This document shows, piece after piece, positions 12,860 through 29,981 of a stretch of DNA of 64,000 nt; position 1 is the stretch's first letter; the number at the start of each line of letters is the position of its first letter. Under the pieces are notes generated by a model. It saw only the letters and a list, made by a program, of their open reading frames with translations, did no database searches and had not been told where the DNA came from. The translations under genes and the position numbers were made by a program. The DNA is taken from the NCBI RefSeq assembly GCF_009914755.1, contig NC_060926.1; one strand, written 5' to 3'. This DNA comes from the human T2T-CHM13v2.0 reference genome, Homo sapiens.

Positions 12860-13860
12860 GGGTAGGGTGGGGCTCAAGGAAGGAGCCAGTTTTACCAATA
12901 AGTGTCAACAATCTTCAAGCTGGGTCTTTCAGGATGAGAAAGAGTTCAACAAGGAGAGATTGGAGGAGTTAGAAGGAAACAGCAGGAACAAAAGACACAA
13001 ATGCAGCAGAGTACGAAGTGTGTTCTTGGCACAATGAGTAATTGTATGGTGGGAATAAAACTGAAAAAGAGGCCAAGGCTCAAAGGTGAGGCCTTGACCA
13101 AGTTGCTGAGACCTTAGTTATAGGCAATGGAGAACTGTTTAAGAATATGGAGCAGGGAAGTGACGTGGTTTAAGATGTGATTTTAGAAAGCTTAATCCAG
13201 GTACAATGAGCAAGAAGAACTGGGTAAGAGACACTGAGGATGGGAAGAGGTCTTGTAAACCACAGAAGTCATGCAGGTGGGAGGTGATGGTGCTGGTGAC
13301 TCAAGAGGTACTGCAGAAGATTCCACAGGCTCTGTGGCCAGATAGCAGTGGCTTACATTTTGTTCCCGACTGCCTGTGGCCCTATTAGCAGAACACAGTT
13401 GTTTTAAGGAGTGGGGAGATAGGGGAAAGATGACAGATACTCTGTAAGCCTGGGACATTTCATTTTTGAAAGTCCAGGAACAAAATCCTATCAGTCCTCA
13501 GGACTGAAAACTCTAATCCAGAGTTAGGATAATTTTCACGGAGAATAAAATGCATGAGATCACTCAGGGACAGAACACGTAGGGAAATCTATATCTAGGG
13601 AAGGGAAGGAGGAGAAAAGTGGTAATAAAGGGGGAAGGGAGAAAGAGAAGAAATTTTAAGGAAGAAAAACTGAAATTTATTGCCATCTACTGTGGGCCAA
13701 GGGTCAGGCCAGATACTTTACCCAACTAATTTGTTTTGTCCTCAGATAAATCCTGTGAGATGGATATGCTTCTCTATATTTTATAGATCAGAAAATGGAG
13801 ACCTAGGATGCTCAATAACTTTCCCAAGTGGAGATAGAATTTTCACCTAAATCTGACCCC
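12860..13860 (-). mobile_element. L2 fragments followed by a MIR
   Basis: Purine-rich reverse-L2 motifs (taggcaatggagaactg...ggaagtgacgtggtttaagatgtgattttagaaag); MIR-like cctgtgagatgg...ttttatagatcagaaaatggag. Confidence 0.5.
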
Positions 13861-14708
13861 AACATCTTAAATTATAGTATTTTTCCTGTTGCCTTTCAGA
13901 AGGAGTTAATGGATAGCGTTATAGCAAGAATAGTGGGTTGTCACCTAAGAACAAATAGGGAGGGGCAGTCCACATCAGAGAGAGTTTAAGGAAGCTGCTA
14001 AAGATAATAAACACTTCATTGTGAGACTTTAGTCACAGGAACAGGGAGGAAAAACCATTGGAGTTGATAATTAAGAGCTTTAGGTCCCTACTTACAGAAT
14101 TCCCAAAGAAGATACGATGACAAAAACACTTACTGAGCAGGGGCTCCTGAAAAACTCACTCTAAATCTAAAACATGCTTAGAATGTGGCTTGGTTCAGTA
14201 TGCATACTGAATTGAAATCATTGTAAAATCAGTGAACAGTGTAGAAGGAATATTGACTCTGTGCAAGGCAGGGTTGAGGCCGTTTCTAAAGTATAAGCTA
14301 TGATCTCTGCTCTCAGGGAGTTTGCTACTTAACTGGGGAGATGAGAAATAAACACACTGACATATAAACAATATAAAAATTAAATGCCCACTTCAAATTT
14401 CAAATGAAAAATTTTTCACATAGATGTGTTGATAAGTTACCAAGTCAACTGTACCAATCACGAGTGCTGAAGACGTCCATGGAGGGAGAAATGACTTCAG
14501 GTGTTGTAATCTAGCTAAGGCTTCAGAGAGGAGGTGAGATTCGAACTGACCTATATAGGTCAGTGCAACAGTGCAAACAGATTTTCTGAAAATCACCTCT
14601 GCATTTCTTCAGTTTAATGTTGCACAGGAACATAAATTAAGGCCTGTGTGATCAGATCCTCAGAGAGACAGATAGGAAAGTTGATTTGTCACTTGGTATT
14701 TACATCAC

Positions 14709-15066
14709 TGTCTTAGTCCATTCAGGCTGCTAGAGCAAAATACCATAAGTTGGGTGACTTATAAACAACAAATATTTATTTATCACAGTTTTGAGACTAG
14801 GAAGACCAAGATCAAGGCACTGGCAGATTCAGTATCTAGTGCCTTCTTGCTTTAGTTCAGTGTCTAGTGCCTTCTTGTCCTCACATGGTAGGAAGAATGA
14901 GGGATCTCTCTGGGGCCTCTTTTATAAAGGCACTGATTCCATTCATAAGAGCTCCACCCCCATGACCTAATCACCTCCTAAAGGCCCACCCCTTCATACC
15001 CTCACATTAGGGACTGGGTTTCAACGTATGAATTTTTGGGCAGACACAAACATTCAGACCAGAGTA
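14709..15066 (-). mobile_element. MLT1A/MST-type MaLR LTR
   Basis: tgtcttagtccattcaggctgct...ataaacaac...ccaagatcaaggcactggcagattc...catgacctaatcacctcc...acacaaacattcagacc. Confidence 0.8.
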
Positions 15067-15108
15067 ATCACATTCTGGCTTACGCACCAGCTCAATTTTG
15101 GAATTCCT

Positions 15109-16663
15109 TTTTTTTTTTTAATTAATTAATTAATTTATTTATTTTTTATTGATAATTCTTGGGTGTTTCTCACAGAGGGGGATTTGGCTGGGTCATAGGA
15201 CAATAGTGGAGGGAAGGTCAGCAGATAAACAAGTGAACAAAGGTCTCTGGTTTTCCTAGGCAGAGGACCCTGCGGCCTTCCGCAGTATTTGTGTCCCTGG
15301 GTACTTGAGATTAGGGAGTGGTGATGACTCTTAACGAGCATGCTGCCTTCAAGCATCTGTTTAACAAAGCACATCTTGCACCGCCCTTAATCCATTTAAC
15401 TCTGAGTGGACACAGCACATGTTTCAGAGAGCACAGGGTTGGGGGCAAGGTCACAGATCAACAGGATCCCAAGGCAGAAGAAGTTTTCTTAGTACAGAAC
15501 AAAATGAAAAGTCTCCCATGTCTACTTCTTTCTACACAGACACGGCAACCATCCGATTTCTCAATCTTTTCCCCACCTTTCCCGCCTTTCTATTCCACAA
15601 AGCCGCTATTGTCATCCTGGCCCGTTCTCAATGAGCTGTTGGGCACACCTCCCAGACGGGGTGGTGGCCGGGCAGAGGGGCTCCTCACTTCCCAGTAGGG
15701 GCAGCCGGGCAGAGGCGCTCCTCACCTCCCGGACGGGGCGGCTGGCCGGGCGGGGGGCTGACCCCCCCCACCTCCCTCCCGGACGGGGTGGCTGCCGGGC
15801 GGAGACGCTCCTCACTTCCCAGATGGGGTGGCTGCCGGGCGGAGGGGCTCCTCACTTCTCAGACGGGGCGGTTGCCAGGCAGAGGGTCTCCTCACTTCTC
15901 AGACGGGGTGGCCGGGCAGAGTCGCTCCTCACCTCCCAGACGGGGTCTCGGCCGGGCAGAGGCGCTCCTCACATCCCAGACGGGGCAGCGGGGCAGAGGC
16001 GCTCCCCACATCTCAGACGATGGGCGGCCGGGCAGAGACGCTCCTCACTTCCTAGATGTGATGGCGGCCGGGAAGAGGTGCTCCTCACTTCCTAGATGGG
16101 ATGGCGGCCGGGCGGAGACGCTCCTCACTTTCCAGACTGGGCAGCCAGGCAGAGGGGCTCCTCACATCTCAGACGATGGGTGGCTGGGCAGAGACGCTCC
16201 TCACTTCCCAGACGGGGTGGCGGCCGGGCAGAGGCTGCAATCTCGGCACTTTGGGAGGCCAAGGCAGGCAGCTGGGAGGTGGAGGTTGTAGCGAGCCGAG
16301 ATCAAGCCACTGCACTCCAGCCTGGGCACCATTGAGCACTGAGTGAACGAGACTCCGTCTGCAATCCCGGCACCTCGGGAGGCCGAGGCTGGTGGATCAC
16401 TTGCGGTTAGGGGCTGGAGACCGGCCTGGCCAACACAGCGAAACCCCGTCTCCACCAAAACCAGTCAGGCGTGGCGGCGCGTGCCTGCAATCGCAGGCAC
16501 TCGGCAGGCTGAGGCAGGAGAATCAGACAGGGAGGTTGCAGTGAGCTGAGATGGCAGCAGTACAGTCCAGCTTCGGCTCGGCATGAGAGGGAGACCGTGG
16601 AAAGAGAGGGAGGGGGAGACCGTGGGGAGAGGGAGAGGGAGAGGGAGAGGGAGAGGGAGAGGC
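15109..16663 (-). mobile_element. Full-length SVA (young D/F lineage): hexamer, Alu-like, VNTR, SINE-R, polyA
   Basis: Poly-T, SINE-R (gataattcttgggtgtttctc...), GC-rich VNTR (ctcctcacttcccagacgggg units), Alu-like domain and (GGGAGA)n; TSD tggaattcct at 15099-15108 and 16664-16673. Confidence 0.96.
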
Positions 16664-17369
16664 TGGAATTCCTAATGGTCTACTATAATGCAGAATCGTA
16701 ACACTGAGTTAGAGCTTTCAAAAGCTTGCTTCTCTTCTTTACAAACAAAAGGTAATTTTATGTTATGATTAGGATCATGAGTTTTGGCATACCTCAATCA
16801 AATGTCCCCTTTGCTGATTTCTAGCAAAGTGATCTTAGGAAAACTTCCTTGGTAAAATGGGTATAATACTACTACTGTAGAGATTAAGGTGATAATTCAT
16901 GCAAAGTGCTCAGCATATTATTTAGCCCATAGCAAACATTTTCTAAAAGCATCACAACTTTTAAAGCAAATTCTGCACATGACAGTACCCCTTTATACAT
17001 TTCAGTGATGTGGTGTTGTGAGTTTAATCACAAAGGAAAGGGCCCAAATTATTTCTGCTTTTGGAAGGACACATCTAACTTTTAGGGTAAGCTCTTTCAA
17101 AAAGTTCCTACAGCTCATCACCTCCCCCTGATTTATGAGGGAACTTTTATTCAGTATGGTTTTCTCTTTTGCAATTGGTTGCTGTTGGGACAGAACATGG
17201 TAAGATCACAGACACAGCCACGTTTAGTTGTGCAGGTTCTGCCTTGCACACGGATGCCCTATAAAAGGGAGAAGTGGGGGTGGAAATTAGTCTAACTGTG
17301 CTTGTTTGCTTGAAGTTGCATCCACCTGGAGAGGGCACCTTTTCCTAATTCTCACAGAGACATTTGTAT

Positions 17370-18200
17370 GGGCTTTCAATGGCCCTCCTTCAAGCTTTTC
17401 TTCAACACATCTGAAAATTGGGCATGTAATCTCAAATGGAGCACCATCAGTGACAGGAAACTCACTACCTATCATATATTACATTATATTTTGTGGCAGC
17501 TCAGTTTACTTTCTAATAGTCATCATCCTTGGTTCCAAGTTCCATGGTTTGTGGCCACAGAGCATGGACCTCATTATCTGACAGCCCTCAAAATATTTAG
17601 CAATAGTTAACATGTCACCCATGATCATCCACCTAACATCATTCTTCTCCCACCTGTCTCCAATTCCTTAAGTTACTCCTCTTGTGGCATGCCTTCCTTA
17701 TTCGTACCATGCCAGCCCTAGATGTAACCCCCCTTGTTAATAGTCCTTTGGAGTATGAAAGCCAGTCCAGTCCACAGTTCTCTCCATGGGGTCTGAGTAG
17801 GATGAAGTGGGTATGACCACCTCCTTCATTCTAGAACCTATTTCTAGCAACAAACATCAGGAGTGATAGTTCCCAATAGGTCTTATTTTTGATAAGTTTT
17901 TGGAAGTTTAAATTAATATTAACCAACTTTCTTGAGTCTAAATTAACCAACTTTCTTGAGTCTAAAAACTCCCACCAGAGATATCAAAGGCCAACAAATC
18001 CAATACTAAGATTTTCAGTTTGGGCCAGAACCAAGATAGAGACTCACTGCTGTTTGGAAACACAACTACACCTTGATTACAACCAGGCCTCCAAAGCTTA
18101 TGGGTGCAAATCAGTTCATGTCAACTCAGTGGTTCTTAGCTGCCATGTATATAATTGTAAGACGACAGACACCTCCAAGTCCTTCCCTGACCTCCAACCT
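17370..18200 (-). mobile_element. Ancient CR1/L3-like fragment
   Basis: gccctcaaaatattt...catgtc and gtcctttggagtatgaaagccagtccagtccacagttctctccatggggtctga resemble reverse CR1 RT 3' sequence; highly diverged, boundaries approximate. Confidence 0.4.
17918..17965. repeat. Perfect 24-bp tandem duplication
   Basis: attaaccaactttcttgagtctaa x2. Confidence 0.9.
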
Positions 18201-20001
18201 TTGGGGATACTTATTCTTTCATTCAAGGCCCGTTGTTAAAGCCTACTGCTTAGAAATCACTTGAGGGAGCCTGACCCGTAGCTCCCAGACTGCCAAAGCT
18301 TCATAGAAGAAGGGAAGAATACTGTCTGCCAAGCTCTATGCAGCATGTTGGTGCCTGAGCCCTAATGCCATATTGCTTGTGCCCACGTTGTCACTAGTTT
18401 CCTATTTAAACAGCTCCTTTTGCCTTTGCCCATACCCCTCTCTGTAGACATAGAGGGCAGGGCTGGGATGCCCATTCACATTAGACGAGTACTCATGTAC
18501 CAACTCATTCTTTCAGCAAAAAGACAAAGACCCTTATCAATCTCCTCATGCAAGTGAATGTCTAGTGTGAATGGTGTGTTTGTGTGTGTGTGTGTGTGTG
18601 TAGCCAACACATTAACTGTACACTGGTGCATAACAAGAAAAAATGGCATAGAATTCTTAGCAACATTTATTTGTTGTTGAAGACTAATGGTTGATTGAGA
18701 AACCATTCAAATGTTTCTAAAGTTTTTTTTTAAAGCAAGTCATTTGTCCATGTTTAATTTCACTTGTCCATATTTAATAGCTTCATACATTTAAGTCACA
18801 ACACTATTTTGATCCCTACAGTGGGGATATTTTAAAAAATTCTGGCTTAAAGGAAAAAAACAGCAGACAGTAAAAATATATTGATATAAATGTTTGAGAA
18901 AAGTAAAAGAAACATAGTTGACACCTGAACTTCAGTGAAACTTCCTTAAAAGGTCATAGTTAACCACTTAATAGCTTATTTTAACTCTCTACAAAGTAGA
19001 CCTCCCTAAGCTCGATTCACTTTAGCATAACACTCTAATTGTAAAGAAATCCTTTATCTTGTTATTTTGCTAGAAAAAGGGGTATAAGAAAATGTAGGTT
19101 TTTAAGTGAGTTTCACGTAAAGGGCTGTAGTTTAGATTCTTCTCAGTGGTATCTTGCTTCCAAATGTGAGACTCAAACTGACTTCAAAGAGAGCTTCATG
19201 AGCTCAAATATATTGACTGTGGAGGGATAAAAGAGAATTGCCCTATTACAGAAAACACGTAATTCCTGAAATGTGGCTGCCCCTGAAGTGAGGGCCGGTG
19301 AGGTATATATAAACCTCAGGGCTGACAAGTTGCAGAGTCGTGTAGGAGGTAAATCAATACGAGCAAAGAAAAACAAGACAAAATAAAATACCCCAGAACA
19401 AGTGACTCAACATCTTTAATTGTCTGAAAGTCCTGGCTTAGCTGAAGGTTCAAATACAGAGAACTGTGTGAAAATAAAAAGACTATCTTCAGCATTACTT
19501 TTCCAAAAAAAAGAGTCTCCACATTAGAAGACAAAACATCTTAATAAAATAATGCTAATCATTAGACTGTGCTTGTGTTCATGTTTCTCTTCTCAACATA
19601 ACAGTTTACTTAGATGTCTTCATTAGAAACTCTCAAGAGTCTTTCAAGAATGACAACTAGTTTGGCCTCTACTAAGTGCTGGACAGGAGTGAGCCAAATC
19701 TTGCATTAAGCGAACAATAAGGATCTTTTCCTTGTTGTTGAAAGAAGCTGGCACATGGAAACCCATCCTTACACGGATGTCAGCCCAGCCTAGCCCCTAC
19801 TTATACAGAAAGGGGTATGGGCAGAAGCCAAAGGGGTATACTCTCAGGGAGCTCACAATAGTGATACTGAATTGTGATAAATGGCCTAATGGAAGGATGT
19901 GGAAGGATGTTGGTCTAAGCTGGTCTTTAGAGGATAAGTAAGAGTTCACCTGGAAGAGAAAGAAGATAAAAACAATTCAGTCAAAACTATAGCATGAGTA
20001 A

Positions 20002-22141
<2,140 letters not shown>

Positions 22142-22306
22142 AGAAGTGTGGGATTTTCTGTATTGGTATAGTAAATAATAGAGCTGACGCTTAGGATACA
22201 CGGTGGAAGTGGTGAATAAGGCTACTGCGGAAGAGGCCAACCAATATATTGTGTGGTTTCATGCACAAGCTTTGTATCCCAAACTATATCCATACAGATG
22301 ACTCTT

Positions 22307-22601
22307 TCTGTTTTTCGTTTTTAAAATGTCTTTTTTTTTTAACTTTTAAGTTCAGGGGTACATGTTCAGGGCATGCAGGTTTGTTACATAGGTAAACATG
22401 CGTCATGGGGGTTTGTTGTATGGATTATTTCATCACCCAGGTATTAAGCCCAGTAACCATTAGTTATTTTTCCCATTCCTCTCCCTCTTCCCACCCTCCA
22501 CCCTCCAGTAGGCCCCAGTGTGCACTGTTCCCCTCTAGGTGTCCATGTGTTCTCATCATTTAGCTCCCACTTATAAGGGAGAGCATGCCATATTTGGTTT
22601 C
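22307..22601 (-). mobile_element. Older L1PA (PA10-13-like) 3' end
   Basis: ttttaagttcaggggtacatg...tttgttacataggtaaac...tagctcccacttataag; TSD ccatacagatgactctt at 22290-22306 and 22602-22618. Confidence 0.88.
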
Positions 22602-23759
22602 CCATACAGATGACTCTTCTCTGTATCAGCAGCCCCTAGAGTCCAGAGTTCCCTATGTATATACCTAAGTACTTTCTGGGGACTTCCTCCTGAGCACCTC
22701 AAAGTTGCCATTTTCAAGATCGAACTAACACACTACCCTTGATGCACTAGTGGTCATTAATGAAGAGTGTGACCATTAACTAAAAATAGAGGATTAGGGT
22801 GGGACTGAAAGTTTCAACATAAGCACAATCTATTTTCTCATTACCAAGGAATGATTGTCAGTTGCCCTTCTGACAGCTTGAGTGTTACCCAGTGAGGGGT
22901 AGGAGCCAGAGAGGCAAAGAGTCAGGAACTCAAATAACTATTTGGGACAGATTTCTTTTTAATGCTTTGCAAACCAAATATTGATTTTTGATCTATATGA
23001 TAGTATTTGACATTTTGTTTCATTGACTAGAGGTCAATCTGAGGTTGGGTTCACAAAAAGAAACTGCATTCCTTACTTTTTTCCCCCTCAGCTCAGCCTG
23101 TCTATCCCTGGAGCCCTTCCTGAAGCCTCCAGCTGTGCAATGCTTTTTGAAGTTGTCTTTTAATTAGGAGATTAGGGAACTAAGTAAATACCAGTGGGAC
23201 TCAAAGCTAGGACCTCAGCAGGAAAGTCTCGAACACCCAGGACTTGGGACATTAAAAATCTTTTAATGGCTTAAGTATATCTTTGAAGGTTATTGAACAA
23301 GTCTTTTAGTCATATAAAGTAATGGGAGAGAGTGTAATTAACAAGCAGAGCCAGCCTGTCAGCTCTTACCCTGTGGTAGGAAAAGAAGATTCTCTAAGTT
23401 GCAGGAGTTCCTAAATTTATCATGATCTGTTAGTGGAGTCGCCTTTAATGTCTTGCCTGAGGACACTTCATCACACTTTTATTCCTCTCATTTTAAGCAT
23501 TCTGTATTAACAGAAGTTAACACATGGTGACCAAAGAACACATTTTCTATCTTTTATTTCCTCAACTTCTGCAATTAGAATGATGAGATTTATCAGCCGG
23601 TGTCACTGTGCAGTTGTGACTATCAGATGGGTGTCAGATGACATTGCTGTAAGTGATTGGTATCTACCATCTAGCATCATATAATGACAATTGCCTGCTT
23701 CTTTCACAGCTGAATAAATCTGGGTGGTTTTTTTTGTTGTTGTTGTTAATCTTGGTCCA

Positions 23760-23925
23760 ACATTTCCTGTCAGTGAGATTACAGATAATTTTATTATTAT
23801 CTCTAATTTTTAGTTTCCATAATGGAAAACATGGGAAATAAAACTCACTTTGCAGGGCTGTTTGGAGGATAAAATAATAGAATGTTGAAGGCTGCATAGC
23901 GCATAGAAGGCTCTCAATAAATACC
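23760..23925 (+). mobile_element. MIR fragment
   Basis: gggctgtttggaggataaaataa...gcatagaaggctctcaataaata resembles the MIR 3' end. Confidence 0.5.
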
Positions 23926-24225
23926 GGCTCTTTATATCACAAAGATTTTTCTTTAATTAAAAACACCAAGGTGAGACATGCTCTGTTTAACTGCTTAACT
24001 TCTAGGACAGTAGAGAGATGTTAAATGTTTTTGACGGTGGCATCATTATCAGATTTGGAGAAATACTGAGGAGAAAATGTGCCAGCTGGCAAAACTGCTG
24101 ATACTAGAGCAGTCAGGATTCTATCCTGCTGGAGGTTTCAAGTAGCCCCACAATATCTCTCTGTGAGGGTGCTGTGGATACCTCCATACATCTCTAGATT
24201 GAGGGCACACCTTCCCAACAAGTCC

Positions 24226-24228
<3 letters not shown>

Positions 24229-24300
<72 letters not shown>

Positions 24301-24553
24301 GTATATCTATATGTGTGTATATATATCTATATATGTATATATATATCTATATATGTGTATAGATATATATGTATATATGTGCATATATGTATATATATGT
24401 GTGTATATATATCTATATATGTGTATATATATCTATATATGTATATAGATATCTATATATGTGTATAGATATATATGTATATATGTGCATATATATGTAT
24501 ATATATGTGTGTATATATATCTATATATATGTGTATACACACACACACACACA
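24229..24553. repeat. Compound (TA)n/(TG)n/(CA)n microsatellite
   Basis: About 325 bp of mostly alternating purine-pyrimidine sequence. Confidence 0.95.
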
Positions 24554-26475
24554 GCAAGAAAGGGAGCAGATTCAATTTGTTAAAATATTAATTAAAGCAT
24601 GTTAAATGAGAGACCTACTAAAGCAAGACAGTCAAACATAAAAACCAACTGCTAAGGTTTCTAAATTGCCATAATTCTGTTTACTGCATAGTATTAATCT
24701 GAGGGACAGCTGACCTATATAGGCTACTTTATTATGCTTGATCTCAGTACTTATTCACATGGCTTATTATCATGGAACATTTTTATAGCTTTCATTCTCG
24801 TCTGTGACAGTTTTACTAGAGTGACAAGCTCATTGGTCTGAAATAAATAGGGGTAATGAGAGCATTTGAGTCTTCATATTCAATGCCATGAAAAAGAAAA
24901 GATGGAAATTACATATGGGTAAGAGGTAAAGATTAGATGCTTGAAAAATACATTTCCAAATTCATTAAGATGAATTTGGAAGATACACAACTTCATTACC
25001 AAGGCTTCCTTTCCTTCATTGATGTTTAGCTCTTATAATTAATATCATGCAAATGGGGCACAGACACATACTTCACTAGTGCCAAGGAGTATATTTACAA
25101 AATAGGGTTATTTGTGGGGGAAAATATGGAATCCCAGAAGTATCAAAGCAACATGATTCCCTGAGAGATGTGCTTAGGTCAAGCCTATAGTGTTTCAGTG
25201 GATCACCCCAACTTCATACACTCTGCATATTTTTTAGCGAAAGGCGGCAGAGAATATCTGGGTAACTTTGTAACAATGAAGCTTCCTGGTAAATGAAGTG
25301 GCTTTGATACCAAGAGGCAGACTCAGAATTCAACTTCTGGCACCAGTCTTGTCTTCCATTGAGCTAATTCAGACCTGCTCAGCCACCTCCTTGCCAGAAA
25401 GGGAATAGAAATGAGCCTCTAAGGTTATCTGGATCACTTGCTTGTCAATTGACAACATTAAATATTGGCAAAATGAGGTTCAGCAACCCTTAATATGCTA
25501 GAGAGTAGTCAAAAAGAAAGTCCTTGTTTAAAGGAAGTTACATAGCAACACAAATCTTGCTTACATTCCAAGACGACAGGTCGTGGTAGTGATGGTGCTG
25601 TTTTAATTTTTTAATGTTATAAAGGTTTTCTTCATTTCCTTGACATTGAAATATGTAGCATATTTTTGTTTATACAAAACACCTATTACATCCTTCCTAG
25701 CAGAGGCACAGTAGAAGAAAGAAGATCCATGCAGAAGAAAACAGAACAAATATGAAATATTCATTATATACTGTGGAAATATTTTGTCTCATATCAGTGT
25801 GTAAGTTTGACTTACATTCCCTATTACCTTGGACATAGAGAAATAAAAGAAAAAGTAAAGAGAAGAGGAAAGAAGTTCCAGATTGGCAGAGTAGATCACT
25901 GAAAATTTGCGCCTCCATAAAAGCAGCGAGAATACTAGCAAAAATTGTCAAAATCAACTTTTTCAGAACTCTAGAAATTAACCAAAGACTTGCAATAATC
26001 CAATGAGTATTTATTCAACTGTAGTTGAATCTCAGGAAAAACAGCAAGATCTATGGCTTTTTAATTTACCTTATTTGCATCTCCCTCTATCCATCTCTGG
26101 GGTAGCTGTGAAAATCAGCAGCCTAGCAGCCACTTGCAGAGGAAGAATGAGTTTGGAACTCCCCAAAAGCTCTATCCCCAGAGAATTGTCACTATTTGAC
26201 CTGTTTGGCAGTTCCATGGAAACCTCCATTCACAGAACTTGTCTTTATTTGACCTGACTCAGGGCTTGTTTATTGAGAACAGCCTTTACCCCCAGGGATA
26301 TTTGTGGGGAAAAGTCAGCAGTAATTGTTTAACATGGCAATTGCTTCAGGTGGTGATAACACTTGCAGCTAACAAGAAGCTGAGCAAAAAGCTTAATGAG
26401 ATAAGCTTGGGAATGAGATGCTCCCAGAAGGCTTTGAAAAGCTTGTACATATTCATAGACATCTAGAACGTATGC

Positions 26476-26522
<47 letters not shown>

Positions 26523-28566
26523 CTGTAAGAATGTCTGGGAAAGAACTGAGAAGGCTCTCACCTCTAGCAGATTTTGAAGCTCTGTGTTAAGTGGAAAATG
26601 AAACCTAAGTAAAATCCCTGTCAGAGGATTGAAGGCATCCCTCATATGCACATAGAGCTCCTCAGCAAAGGCTGGAAGACTTATTGGTTCAGGCTTTTAA
26701 GGAAATCTCTGTCCCATTAGCTGACAACCAAGCTAACTGAGCAGTACCTTCAGTTGCCAAACCCTCCCAAAAATACAGACTTCAAAGAATTAGTTCTGGC
26801 AAGTCACTGAACAGCAAATAGCAGTAACAACAATAATAGCAACAAACAGAAATGACAACAAACATTAGATCGTGGGGTGAGGGGATAGACTTGATTTCCA
26901 GAGTTTCCACATTACATTATTTAAAACATTCAGTTTTCAATAAAAATTTATAAGACGTGCAAAGATACAGTAAAGGATACTCCATATATGAAAAAACAGT
27001 CAATTGAAACTGTCCCTGAGTAAACCAAGATGTTGGACTTACTAGACAAAGTATTTAAATGAACTATTGTACATACATTCAAAATACTAAAGGAAATCAT
27101 ATCTAAAGACTGAAAGGAAAATATGAGAAGGCTGTCTCCCAAATAAATAATATCAATAAAGAGAAAGAAATTATTTAAAAGAACCAAACAGAAGTTCAAA
27201 AATTGAAAAGTATAGTAACAGAAATAAAAAATTCACTAGGCTACCCAACAGCATGTTTGAAAAGGCAGAAAAAAGCATCATTGAACTTGAAGATAGGTCA
27301 ATTCAAACATCTAGTCTGAGGAACAGAAAGTAAAAAGAATGAAGAAAAATGAACAAAGTCTCAGTAACATGTGGGATACCATCAAGCATACAAACATAAG
27401 CATAATGAGGATTCTCAGCAAAAAAGGAGACAAAGGGTCAGAAAGAATATTTGAAGAAATAATGGTTGAAAACTTCCCATACTTGATTGAAATAAACATT
27501 AATCTACACATTAAAGGAGCTCAATAAACTACAAGTAGGATAAACTGAAAGAGAACCACATCTAGACATATTATAATCAAACTGTCCTAAGACAATGACA
27601 AGAAAAAATCTTGAAAACAACAGCAGAGATGTAACTCATTATATAAAAGTAACCCTCAATAAGATTAATATCTCCATGATCAGAAACTATAAGGCTAGAA
27701 AACAGCTGAAAAATATATCCACAGTACCAAAAGGAAAAGACTATGAACCAAGAATTCTATATCCACTGAAACTATACTTCAAAAATGAAAAATTAAGACA
27801 TTCTCAAATAAACAAAAACTGAGAAAATTTGTTTCCAGTAGACCTGTCCTGTAAGAAATACAAAAAGAAAAGCCTTCAGGCTGAAATGAAAAGATACTAG
27901 GGAGCAATCTGAATCCACATGAAGAATAAAGAGAACCGATAAAGAAAATTTTATAAGTAAATATGAAAGATAGTATAAATGTATGTTTGTAACTCTTTTT
28001 TCTACTATCTCATTTAAAGACAATGGCATAATGCAAAAATTATAAAACTGCATTGATAGGCTTATCGTATGAAAAGATGTAATTAGTAGGACAACAGTAA
28101 CACAAATGAAGGGGTAGGGAACAAAGCTATATGGAGCAAAGTTTTTGTATACTATGGATACAAAAGAAGGCAGTAAAGAAGGAATAGGGGAATACAAAGG
28201 ACAGAAGGCATATAGAAAACAAATACAGAAAAGGCAAATGTAAATCCTACTTTATCACTAGTTACATTAAATGTAAGTGGACTAAACACTCCAATCAAAA
28301 GGCAGAGATCAGTAGAATGGATAAAATAACATGATCCAATTTTACACTGTCTACAAGGGACATACTTTAGATTCAAAGACATGACTGGGTTAAAATAAAA
28401 AAATGGAAAAAGTATATATATTATACCATGCAAACAGTAGCAAAAGAGAGCTGAAGTAGCTATTCATATCAGATAAAACAGTTTTTTTTAAAAAACGGTT
28501 ACTAGAGATAAAGAACAATATTTTATAATGGCAAAGGGTCAAACCAATAAGAAAATATAACAATTA

Positions 28567-29981
<1,415 letters not shown>

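Noticed and set aside
15135-16549. Multiple GC-rich ORFs and a CpG-island-like region
   Set aside because: Fully explained by the SVA SINE-R, VNTR and Alu-like domains.
19299-19318. TATA-like box inside a short inverted repeat (tgaggt atatataa acctca)
   Set aside because: A 6-bp stem and a TATA-like word are expected by chance in AT-rich intron, and there is no supporting promoter context.
24079-24605. Tyr/Ile/Cys/Val-rich ORFs
   Set aside because: Translations of a dinucleotide microsatellite.
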